Below, piece after piece: positions 12,568 to 23,199 of a stretch of DNA of 45,623 nucleotides. Source of the DNA: Octopus bimaculoides (lineage: Eukaryota). The position numbers were made by a program, and so were the translations under genes. Numbering within the stretch: the stretch's first letter is position 1; each line of letters opens with the position of its first letter. The stretch lies in NCBI RefSeq assembly GCF_001194135.2, contig NC_068981.1:153436405-153482027 (forward strand), read 5' to 3'. The notes under the pieces were generated by a model, which saw only the letters and a program-made list of their open reading frames with translations, was not told the origin of the DNA and did no database searches.

Positions 12568-13018
12568 GTAAATAGACTGAGGTCACAAGACAAAAGACTC
12601 GTTGATGACAAAGCGAATTTCTCTCTTTTTCTTTCTCTCTCTTTCTTTCTCTCTCTCTCTCTTTTTCTCTCTTTCTCAAACACACAAACACACTCACTCT
12701 CTCTCTGTGTCTTACGTATAATTTTTGAAATAATTACATATATGGCTGCTTTCCCTATGCCAAAACGGATTTCAAAGAGCCCACTGTTTTAAATGTTTTT
12801 ACATATATTAAAGAAATAGCACAAACATAAATTTGTAAGGAGAACCAGTAATATCGGCTACGTGTTAAAGTGGGATGGGGTGCATGGAAGCACCGTTATG
12901 ACTAGGAAAACTAACGCTCTTTAACTGGAGATCAATCTGATCAGGCTGTTACAATGTCCTTATCAGCCATGTTATAAATTTGCCTATACTCGTATTCTTG
13001 TACTTCTACTTACTATAG

Positions 13019-13050
13019 ATGATAGACAATGGGCTTTGAAAGGCATCTGA
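13019..13050 (+). CDS. Candidate terminal coding exon ((D)DRQWALKGI*)
   Basis: Long pyrimidine tract ttcttgtacttctacttactatag|, phase 1, TGA at 13048-13050. Confidence 0.28.
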
Positions 13051-13196
13051 CGTACCATTTCGTTTTGGTTCATGTGTGTGTACGTACAAACAACCATACA
13101 ATACAACTCACACATGCACCACTGGTCGCTTTGTTTACAATACGTTGCTAGCTGGAGCGGACTCTGGCAATTTCTCTGGCGACCAGACGTTCGCCT

Positions 13197-13233
13197 CTGA
13201 AGATGAGCAGACTATCTCGAAACTGACTCAGTC
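13197..13233 (+). ncRNA. Degenerate hammerhead-like motif
   Basis: CTGAAGA T GAG-cagactat-CTC GAAA CTG-act-CAG TC. Core and stems II/III are present, but no type I stem I partner. Confidence 0.35.
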
Positions 13234-13676
13234 TCACGATCCTGCAACCTGCTGAAGGATGGTAGGGATTCACTCCCCTGCTAGCAATATATATGTACAG
13301 GGTACAAGATTGCACCGATAACCAGCTAGCGGAAGATTTGCCCGGGGTTAAACTAGTAGTAACATGGGACAGCCACTTTGATGTAACGATTAACTTTACT
13401 TGTTAGTATAGTTACTACTCTGATCTTTTCTTGAGACCTTACAACTAGCTACTTTGCTTATATATATATATANNNNNNNNNNNNNNNNNNNNNNNNNNNN
13501 NNNNNNNNNNNNNNNNNNNNNNNNNNNNNNNNNNNNNNNNNNNNNNNNNNNNNNNNNNNNNNNNNNNNNNNNNNNNNNNNNNNATATATATATTCCGTTT
13601 AGGGCATTATTCCCTAGATCCCCAAGGTCTTTTTTATCATACTTTATTTAAGGGATTCCTTTTAGTTCCGTATGAA

Positions 13677-14629
13677 TATATATAAATAAATAAAAATCAT
13701 TGGAAGAATCAATTTATTAGACGAAGTCCAATAAGTGTCATCAAATAAATGGAACAGGTTTTGATGCTAATATGGATTATTTATTTAATTTAACCAAGCG
13801 CAGGAGTGACTGTGTGGTAAGTAGCTTGCTTCCCAACCACATGGTTTCGGGTTAATTCCCACTGCGTGGCACCTTGGGCAAGTGTCTTCTACTATAGCCT
13901 CGGGCCGACCAAAGCCTTGTGAGTGAATTTGGTAGACGGAGACTGAAAGAAGCCCGTCGTATATATGTATATTTATGTATGTATGTGTGTGTATATGTTT
14001 GTGTGTCTGTGATAGTCGCCCCCCAACATCGCTTGACAACCGATACTGGTGTGTTTACGTCCTCGTAACTTAGTGATTCGGCAAAAGAGTCCGATAGAAT
14101 GAGTACTAGGCTTCCAAAGAATAAGTCCTGGGGTCGATTTGCTCGACTAAAGGCGGTGCTCCAGCATGGCCGCAGTCAAATGACTGAAACAAGTAAAAGA
14201 GTAAAAGAGACAGCTGTTCTGTCACAAAAAACCGTATTTCAGGTATACAATTGAAGAATAGGTATTTCAACAAAAATAATACACGTTATTATATTAAGTC
14301 ATTCGGAACTCATCAGTGGTTAATAATTATATATTTTGATGTTCAAATATTTAAATATTTAGAGTTAGTACTTTTATTAAAACATTTAATTATTATCTAC
14401 TGATGAGTTCCAAGCAACTTAATAAAATAATGTGTATTACTTTTGTTGAAATAACTGTTCTTCAATTGNNNNNNNNNNGAAATATGGTCTTTTGTGACAG
14501 AAACAGCTGTCTGGTTAAATTTAATAAATAATCCATATTAGCATCAAAACCTGTTCCATTTATTTGATGACACTTATTGGACTCCGTCTAATAAATTGAT
14601 TCTTCCAATGATTTTTATTTATATATATA
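13677..14629. mobile_element. Foldback / long-TIR element, about 240-bp arms and 59-bp spacer, in (TA)n, left arm split by a SINE
   Basis: 13677-13796 plus 14209-14328 is the reverse complement of 14388-14629, e.g. aaaatcattggaagaatcaatttattagacg / cgtctaataaattgattcttccaatgatttt. Confidence 0.85.
13797..14208 (+). mobile_element. tRNA-head SINE family B, full length, with CORE-like segment and internal microsatellite
   Basis: A-box-like tgactgtgtggtaag, B-box-like gggttaattccc, caccttgggcaagtgtc segment, (TA/TG) spacer, tail gaaacaagtaaaagagtaaaaga. Confidence 0.93.
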
Positions 14630-14664
14630 GAAAGAGAGAGTCAGACAGGCACATGTATATATAT

Positions 14665-15127
14665 TTTGTTTTTCCTGTGTCGTTCATTGAACTACAGCCG
14701 TGCTGGGTCATCGACTTCAAAGGTCTAGTCGAATAAATCGACCCCAGTATGTATTTTATTTAAGCCTGGCTCTTATTCTGTCGGGTCTGTTTTACCGAAC
14801 CGATTGTTATGGGAAGATAAATAAACCAGCATTGCTAATCAAGCATAGTGGAGACAAATACAAAGACACCTGCTGAAATATATTTGTGTGTGTGTGTGTG
14901 CGTGCATGTGTGTGTTTGTGTGTGTGTATGTGCGCATGCGTGCTTCTCTGTGTGTGTGAGTGTGTGTGTTTGTGTGTGCGTGTGTATTTCCCGAAATTCC
15001 CCTCAAATCTTGGGGTGAATGTAGGCTGTGGTAGAAGACACTTGTCCAAGGTACCATACCGTGAGATTGAACTCCCAAATCATGTGATTACAAAGCGAAT
15101 TTCTTAATCACATGGACATACTTCTGT
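14665..15127 (-). mobile_element. SINE family B, diverged full-length copy
   Basis: Tail, (TG)n interior and head (gtagaagacacttgtccaaggtacc...cttaatcacatggacatacttctg) all match B in reverse. Confidence 0.8.
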
Positions 15128-15959
15128 CTTTTGATACGTCTTTTAAAGTTTGACTCCTGAGAAATATTCTTGAGGAAGTCATATTTCATGTGACGTCTCT
15201 AAGTCACTGAAATATGAAGTTTCGGCTGTTCATTTGTTGGTGTTGCTGCTACTGCTGCTGCTGTTGTTACTGTTATTATTATTTTTTAATCGCATGTTAG
15301 CACTGACTAATCAAACATGATCAAAAGCCTTGTAGCCATGACAATTTCATCTTTATATAATTTCAAACATAGTGTTTCAAAACTCCAATTTCCAGTTCAT
15401 CATTCTTGCTTCATTGTAGATATGAATTAAAATGAATTCAATCGGTATTGCTAACAGGTCAAGTTAACATGTAGAATGTCCAGCACAAGCTTTTCTCCTA
15501 TCACCTAGTGTGCCTTAGTCAGTGCAATAACAAAACTGTTCAAAGAATGAACCGCGAGACTAATCAGCATAGTTCTAGTGGGGGGGGGGGAAGTCATTCA
15601 CCAAAAAAGTGACAAGGTTTTCTTTCTTTGTTTGCGTCAAATCAATTGCAGGAATATGCGAGTCAATGTGTATTTCAGTAGTGTGTATAGACGCCTTTTT
15701 ACTAAAAAAAGTATGTGTGGTTACTCTATATGCTTAAGAATGTGTTTGTTATATGCTTATGTGGTCGTGTGCATGTGTCCATCACAGAAAGTTTAAATGG
15801 AGATTCTTCACGGTACAACTAAGCTTCAACTGCTTTGCTATTTCTCGAAAGCAGATTTCCTGTTTGCTTTTGTTTTGTTTGTTTTTTAACGAAAATGTAT
15901 TGTTAAATAACCCCGTCCAGCTATGATGTATCCAAAAGAAAATCTATAGCCTGTTAGTT

Positions 15960-16170
15960 TTTCATCAGTCCATCAGTGATGTTCTCTTTTTTCACATCTT
16001 TAAATGAGACAGGTACATCCGTGGAGAAGCTGATCTTAAGAACAATGCTTTTTAGTTCTCTGTCCCGCAGGACAATATCACACTTGTTGTATTTGCACCA
16101 GTCTGCAGTTTCATTGAAATACTCCATAAGCATTCCTTGTTTTTAAAGATGTGGATACATTTTGGTTCTA
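15960..16170 (-). pseudogene. Non-LTR retrotransposon RLE-domain remnant (R4/NeSL-like)
   Basis: Minus strand reads CKYNKCDIVLRDRELKSIVLKISFSTDVPVSFKDVKKENITDGL, a decayed PD-(D/E)xK endonuclease motif. Confidence 0.55.
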
Positions 16171-16839
16171 GTATGTCTTTAGTATAACCCTCAGATAAAT
16201 CCTACTGTATGTTATTCTAAATGTTTCTATGAATGTTTAGGTTTTTCTTTGTTTCGTATAAATTCATAAAAAGGAATTCGTTTTCTGGTACTCACTGCAA
16301 TAAATTGTACCTATTAAAGTAATGTTGTTGAAGTAGGCAGCCAGAGAGCTTTGTTTTAGCTAGAATCACCCAATATGATAGCCGAATGTCTCTCAAATCA
16401 CATAGGAAGGGTGACAGGTAAAATAAAAATAATTATCGTGAACAAATAAAAAGGCTCAATGTTCCGGGTTATATGCTCTTAATCGAGGAAGAGTGAGCTT
16501 TCAGTGCTGCATCCGAAATGTATCCATGAAAAGGTCACCATAGATAATGTAGCCTGACAGGAAGATAACTACGGGAATGCCTTTGTTTACAGGCCTGCTC
16601 AATCAACGCTGAACAGGGAACAGACAATAACAACAACAGCAGCAGCAGCAGCAGCAGCAACAACGTAATCAATTGTTTATGGATTTGAATTTGAAAAATT
16701 CAGATTAGCTATTTCTAATCTTTCTTTAGAAATCCAACTCCTCAAGGTTACTGCAAAGACTTTTGATTATATAACCAACTGGTTCAATGTTTATAGGTAT
16801 AAACCAGATAACAATAGACGCGAGTTCTGCATCAGATGA

Positions 16840-17220
16840 ACATAAAGACTCACCTTTTCACTGACTTTTGATCAGTAAATGATCAGCTGGGAATTAGATT
16901 TCCGCAACAGTACATATTCATGCTCTCTGTGTCAGAGAACAATATCTGGTCTTTTATGCAATCATTTGATAGGAGTTTTAAATGGAATGTTCCACCAATA
17001 TTTCATGTATTCTTCAATAGATATTTTTCTCTCTCTCTATTTCCTCTTAAGCAATCCTTCTTTCGAATGACATTGTATACACGTTTTTGCTATCATGTCA
17101 TGCCTCGTAGGAAGTTTTAATCTTGCTGACATTTTCGGACGAATTCGCCGGTTTATTGAAAACGTAAGATGAGTACTATTTGAATTGGAAGTAGATTCAA
17201 GGTGGAGAATAATGGGCATA
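16840..17220 (-). pseudogene. Non-LTR retrotransposon RLE-domain remnant (R4/NeSL-like)
   Basis: Minus strand: PKMSARLKLPTRHDMIAKT...KYWWNIPFKTPIK*LHKRPDIVL...SKVSEK, with stops and frameshifts. Confidence 0.7.
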
Positions 17221-17924
17221 GAGAAAATGTATTTCAGGTTTTCTAAAGTAGAAAACGGGACTGGTATAAACCTGGAGAGTTACACAAATTGCGTGGAGCG
17301 GGGACATTAAATGCTATACAGTTATAGGAGGTGTACAGGACTGTAATAAAGACATAAAGTCACTAGACTAGTATTGAAAACTGACAAAAAGGAATTTTCA
17401 ATGGTTGACATTTTATATTGATCCTACCGAGATTGTGTAAACTTATGACGTTGTGTCTAAGACCGAACAGAAGTGAGATAAGATCAAAATAGAGAATAAA
17501 AAAATAAGTATTACAATGATTATTTCAGCACACGCCAATATTCATATNNNNNNNNNNNNNNNNNNNNNNNNNNNNNNNNNNNNNNNNNNNNNNNNNNNNN
17601 NNNNNNNNNNNNNNNNNNNNNNNNNNNNNNNNNNNNNNNNNNNNNNNNNNNNNNNNNNNNNNNNNNNNNNNNNNNNNNNNNNNNNNNNNNNNNNNNNNNN
17701 NNNNNNNNNNNNNNNNNNNNNNNNNNNNNNNNNNNNNNNNNNNNNNNNNNNNNNNNNNNNNNNNNNNNNNNNNNNNNNNNNNNNNNNNNNNNNNNNNNNN
17801 NNNNNNNNNNNNNNNNNNNNNNNNNNNNNNNNNNNNNNNNNNNNNNNNNNNNNNNNNNNNNNNNNNNNNNNNNNNNNNNNNNNNNNNNNNNNNNNNNNNN
17901 NNNNNNNNNNNNNNNNNNNNNNNN

Positions 17925-17965
<41 letters not shown>

Positions 17966-17988
17966 ATGTGTGTATGTATGTATGTATA

Positions 17989-18550
17989 TTGGGTCATCCC
18001 ATAAATAATGCGGTTATTTCAATTGCATGAACTAAAAGTCGGGAGGGGACAGGATAAACTACCTGCATCAACTTGCTATAAAAGTAAGCAGTAATTTTAC
18101 TTTGTCGTTATTCTTAGTGCAAATTTTGAAAAGTGCAGTTCGATTTTAACTTATTTTTTCAAAGTGATAATGGAAGTGACGAAGGAGCATATTCGATATA
18201 TTTTGCTTTATGAGTTTAAAGACAACAACGCAACGGAAAGTGCGAGGAATTTTGATGCAGTATATGGGGATCGGACAATAAGCGTAAGCCAGTGTCAACG
18301 GTGGTTCCAGAAATTCCAAGCCGGAAACTACAGCCTAGAAGACAAGCCTCGTCCTGGAAGATCTGTAGAGCTCGACGAGGACGTCCTGCACACACTAGTG
18401 GAACAAAATCCCATCGTAACTATTGAGGAACTAGCAGAGAAGCTTGGATTTGGTCATTAAACCATTCATCAACACCTGCGTGCCATCGGAAAAATCAGCA
18501 AATTGGGTCAATGAATTTTTCACAAACTTTCTGAGTCTAATCGTCACAGG
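17989..18550 (+). mobile_element. Mariner transposon, 5' part only (left TIR plus N-terminal transposase)
   Basis: TA|ttgggtcatcccataaataatgcggtt TIR; ATG at 18170; MEVTKEHIRYILLYEF...ATESARN...QCQRWFQKFQAGNYSLEDKPRPGR paired HTH; in-frame stops at about 18458 and 18512; ends before the DD34D domain. Confidence 0.93.
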
Positions 18551-18667
18551 AAACTGGCTTGTCAGGCTACGCCGAACCAGATTCCAGCAACGAGCCTACG
18601 AAACGGTAATGAAATGCATCCGATACATAACAACACTTAACTGAGACTTCCTAATCTACAGTAAGCT

Positions 18668-19085
18668 CGACTGTACTAAGAAGTTTACTTTCCCAACCAC
18701 ATCGTTCTTGGTTCAGTTCCATTGCGCGGTATCTTGGGCAAGTGTTTTCTACTATAGTATCGGGCCGACCAAAGCCTTGGGAGTGGATTTGGTAGACGGA
18801 AACTGAAAGAAGCCCGTCGTATGTGCGTGTGTGTGTGTGTGTGTGAATTTGTGTGTGTGCGCGCGCGTGTCTTCGTGTTTGTCCACCACCGCTTGACGAA
18901 CGGTGTTAGTGTGTTTATGTCCCCGTAACTAAACGCTTCAGTAAAAGGGTCCGATAGAATAAGTAACAGACTTTTAAAAGATTAAATACTGGAGTCGATT
19001 AATTTGACTAAAGATTTTTCAAGGAAGTGCTCCAGCATGGCTGCAGTCTAATGACTGAAACAAATAAAAGATACAAGATAAGATA
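18668..19085 (+). mobile_element. SINE family B, near full length
   Basis: Collinear with 13797-14208, including the internal (TG)n and the gaaacaaataaaagata tail. Confidence 0.9.
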
Positions 19086-20199
19086 TAAATGATTAGGGAA
19101 GTAAATTTGAAGCAGATATATTTGATTAAACTTGTATGAATTCTTTCGTCCATTTTTGAAGTGGGAAATTCAGTTTTCAGGACTTAAAGAACCTTTTTTT
19201 TTTAGCTTGTGTCCATGCGGCGGACATAACTTTTATGTCTTCTGATAAAGTTACTTTCTATGGAGAACGACTGATTGAAGAAGTCAGAACATTCCAACAG
19301 AGTTGAACGCAAATATCATAAGAAACAGATAGGAAGAAAGAATTAAAAGTAAAAGAAGGAATGAAAAAAAGGAGAGGAGAAAAAGAATAAAACATAAGAA
19401 AGAAAAACAAAAAACAAAAGAAAAGGAAGGGCTCTCTGAATAATCTAATGTAGAGGAAAGAAACGAACTGAAGGAGGAGAGGAAAAAGAAAGAAAGAAAG
19501 AAAGAAAGAAAGAAAAATGTCAGTTCCTAAACCAAAATAGGACAAAAAATGTTTTCGGCTTTGCATTAAAGCATATTTTTTTTTAACATGGTAAAAGAGT
19601 TTGGAAAATGAAGTTAGGAAAGAAAATAGATTCGGAAATCGTAAAAGAGGCGTATATTTTCCATCAGAAGAAAATAACAATGAAAGCAAAAATATATAGG
19701 TTAGTTTTCAAGTTGAGGAATTGAACTGTATAATCAATCTAAGACATAAAGATCCAAAACCTAAGGAGAAAATTGGGCAAACTTTCTCAATCTTCGATTT
19801 CCTGAAAATCTTCATTTTCCATCAGTCTTCCATATTACCGAGAAATCTGATTACCATAGACGTATCGGCATTTAAATATGAATAGGAACATCTGGTTGGT
19901 GCCATTACCAGTAAATAGAGTAGACGCCAAGATTTAAAACACAATATTAGAAATGTGGTCATTACCAATACTGTCAGCTAAATTGAGAGCAATAGTTGGT
20001 TATGTGGGTGTAAAAGAATAAAAAAAAAAGACCAGAAATTTTAGTTATTTCTATAGTTAACTTACTGTATATTACAAGACATTGTGTATAGATTCCATGT
20101 ATTTTAGAACATACCCGAGAAGAATCTGCAACGCGGTCGCTCCTTCAAATTGCACCATCTCCTTCAAATTGCACCATGTCTTACAAAATGAAAGAAACA

Positions 20200-20415
20200 T
20201 TTGTTAATGTGTGGTACAAAAATGAAAAGGAAAACGAAGATGAAGAACAATAAAAAAAAAAGAAGCAAAGTGAATGTAATAGTTTGACGCTCGGGAAAAT
20301 TGAAAGAAGACTTAAATGTTTCGAGCCTGTGCTCTTCTACGGAAAAGATAGACTAGGAGAGAAAAAGATAAAGGGAAAAGGGCGTGCGTGTCTCAGTTAG
20401 ACGATCACTGCATGA
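20200..20415 (-). mobile_element. Interspersed repeat with hammerhead-like fold, probably a Penelope-type terminus
   Basis: Reverse complement shares gaagagc-N4-gctcgaaac...tcccgagcgt(t/c)aaa(t/c)ta with 35215-35335. Confidence 0.6.
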
Positions 20416-20702
20416 TAGGTTACAAACAAATCTAATGTGCCTGACATGAAAAAAAATAAATTATCAAAACTAAGCTGAACAAAAACGCTATATTTAAGCC
20501 AGAATGACTTAGTAGTAAGCACCTCCTGTGTACTTGCCACTAAACATAGACACACTGGCCCCTCAAACTTTGACCCAGTGAAACTGCGAGGATACGGAGA
20601 ATATGTGTGTATGTGAGAGAGACAGACAGACGGAGACAAAGATAGACAGACAGAGAGTGTATATCTATCTATAGCTATATCTATCTATCTATCTATCTAT
20701 CT

Positions 20703-20758
<56 letters not shown>

Positions 20759-21279
20759 GCAACACGGATTTCAAAGGTGATTGCAGTTACCACGTTTCAT
20801 GCTACTTCAATTTATTTAAGTAATGCGAGCATTACCTTAAATGCAATATGAAGAGCGATCTTCAGCTGCACGAAAATGCAGAAAAATTACTGNNNNNNNN
20901 NNNNNNNNNNNNNNNNNNNNNNNNNNNNNNNNNNNNNNNNNNNNNNNNNNNNNNNNNNNNNNNNNNNNNNNNNNNNNNNNNNNNNNNNNNNNNNNNNNNN
21001 NNNNNNNNNNNNNNNNNNNNNNNNNNNNNNNNNNNNNNNNNNNNNNNNNNNNNNNNNNNNNNNNNNNNNNNNNNNNNNNNNNNNNNNNNNNNNNNNNNNN
21101 NNNNNNNNNNNNNNNNNNNNNNNNNNNNNNNNNNNNNNNNNNNNNNNNNNNNNNNNNNNNNNNNNNNNNNNNNNNNNNNNNNNNNNNNNNNNNNNNNNNN
21201 NNNNNNNNNNNNNNNNNNNNNNNNNNNNNNNNNNNNNNNNNNNNNNNNNNNNNNNNNNNNNNNNNNNNNNNNNNNNNNN

Positions 21280-21312
<33 letters not shown>

Positions 21313-21779
21313 GGAGTAAGCACATGAAATGTGCAACAAGGTGGAAAAAAGAGTACTCAAATACCAGAGGTAGAGTAATATGCTTTATTTAAAAGCAGCA
21401 GAAATATTACAAAAAAACTGTTACTCTGAGTTTCACACATACACACACACACATACATATACACATATGTATATATGCATATTTATATATTCACATATAT
21501 ATTATTTATTATATATATGATACATAACTTATATATACGTAACATATATAATACATATCTATAAGTAAATATATATGTATATATATGCATATGTGAGTAT
21601 ATATGTTCATATATATATATAATACTATGTATGTATGTATGTACGTATGTATGTATCTATGCATGTATGCATGTATGCGTGCATATATGTATGTACATCA
21701 CTGCCTCACTGTATCGACCAGACTATCGGGTGTTGTTATACACCGCTGGTCACAGTGCGCTTCCTGACATTATTGTAGC

Positions 21780-21975
21780 TCTCGAATGATGCCGCCCCGC
21801 GGTCTCGGCCCTTGAACGGAACACCAATCTGTCGCGGGAATATTCATTTATAACTGAGTTGAAAGGAGCAATGTGAAGCGACGTAATTTGTGTTTTGCTG
21901 AAGCGCACAACGCACCACCGGCTTGGGAGTCGAAACAACAATCGTATATGCAACACCTCATACACTACACCACGT
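21780..21975 (-). mobile_element. tRNA-head SINE (family E), diverged
   Basis: Reverse complement: ggtgtagtg (A-box-like), gtttcgactccc (B-box-like), then gttgtgcgcttcagcaaaacac...cacattgctcc...ctcagttataaatg, a central-domain-like segment. Confidence 0.55.
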
Positions 21976-21982
21976 ATGTGTT

Positions 21983-22080
<98 letters not shown>

Positions 22081-22419
22081 TGTGTGTGTGTGTATACATA
22101 TATGTGCATGTATGTGTGTGTATATATATGTACATATGTGTGCGTGTGTGTATACATATATACATGTGCGTGCGTATGTGTACACATTCTAATTTATAAT
22201 GGTGCTTGTTTTTTTAACCTATTTCCTAAATTACCATGTTTTGTTGATAAAACGTTTCCGCGATAGGCATTCTCTTTCATCCTCTTCAGGTAAGATTCCG
22301 AAACTTTGCCAAAGAATGAACCTGAAGCATTTATTTTACCAGTTGCATCTGATGTTCTAACCTCTGTCTTATCGTCACTTAGAGTAGTGAAGCATTATAC
22401 TCAAATACTCATAGAACCT

Positions 22420-22628
22420 GTGAGCAGGTGTTTATGTGGTAGCTCAACCTGTAGAAATAGCCCCTAAATCACCCTCAAATTATACTTTGTCATCTTTAAA
22501 AGGGAAGGACAAATCCATTTATGTTGTCTCCGATAAAATGCCTGAAAAAAAAGGCCAGAATGTCACAAATAGAATGCTTTGATAAGAAAGTATGTCTGAT
22601 TATGCTTGACTTATGGCCTAACAACAGC
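22420..22628 (-). repeat. Unclassified repeat D, near-complete copy
   Basis: Reverse complement is collinear with 26975-27165 (tagg.c...gtca.g.at.at...gatcaaag.attc...ttaaagatg...gatttag...gctatttcta.cagg). Confidence 0.6.
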
Positions 22629-22935
22629 TCAAACATTTGCTTTCTCCGTTTTTTTCGCCCTTGTTTTCGTATGCATTAGCTTGCTTTCTTCCAAAGAATC
22701 TAATGCCCTTAACTTAAGATTTTCTTGGGGTCGACCAAATTGGAGCAGTCTCGAAACTGCAGGGATGATCTGGAACTCGACTGACGATAGAAAGCCCCGA
22801 ATGACCCGTTCTTGTCTTTTCCTGTCCTTCTTTGTATCGTCTAACTGTCTGTATGCTTTGTTGTCGCCTGTTACGTTCTTGTTCCATTTTTTTTGTATAT
22901 ATATACATATAGCGGCGTACGTACACTTTTGGTCT

Positions 22936-22967
<32 letters not shown>

Positions 22968-22968
<1 letters not shown>

Positions 22969-23137
22969 CATGCTTCTTTCAGTTTCCGTCTACTAAATTC
23001 ACTCACATGTCGTTGGTCGGCCCGGTGCTATAGTAGAAGACAATATAGCATAAACCCAAGGTTCCACGCAGTGGGACTGAACCCGGAACCATGTGGTTGG
23101 GAAACACGCTTCTTACCACACAGCTACACCTGCGCCT
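22968..23137 (-). mobile_element. SINE family B, 5' half
   Basis: Reverse complement aggcgcaggtgtagctgtgtggtaagaagcgtg...gggttcagtcccactgcgtggaaccttggg...gacggaaactgaaagaagc. Confidence 0.9.
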
Positions 23138-23150
23138 GTATGTATGTATG

Positions 23151-23199
<49 letters not shown>

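Noticed and set aside
14305-14410. CTGATGA motifs in the foldback arms
   Set aside because: No GAAA follows; they simply reflect the inverted repeat.
16848-17245. Apparent minus-strand exon with good splice sites
   Set aside because: It has multiple stops, and the translation matches a LINE endonuclease domain.
19707-19885. Stop-free run of about 55 codons after an AG (EELNCIINLRHKDPKPKEKIGQTF...)
   Set aside because: No recognisable domain and no phase-linked partner exon; compatible with chance.
20140-20177. 19-bp tandem duplication ctccttcaaattgcaccat x2 (also a duplication of about 140-bp period at 30226-30450)
   Set aside because: Real but ordinary local slippage duplications with no sign of function.
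22606-23006. Overlapping 120-125 aa ORFs on both strands
   Set aside because: The ends lie in repeat D, (TA)n and SINE B. The middle looks protein-like, but I recognise no motif and find no convincing splice pair.
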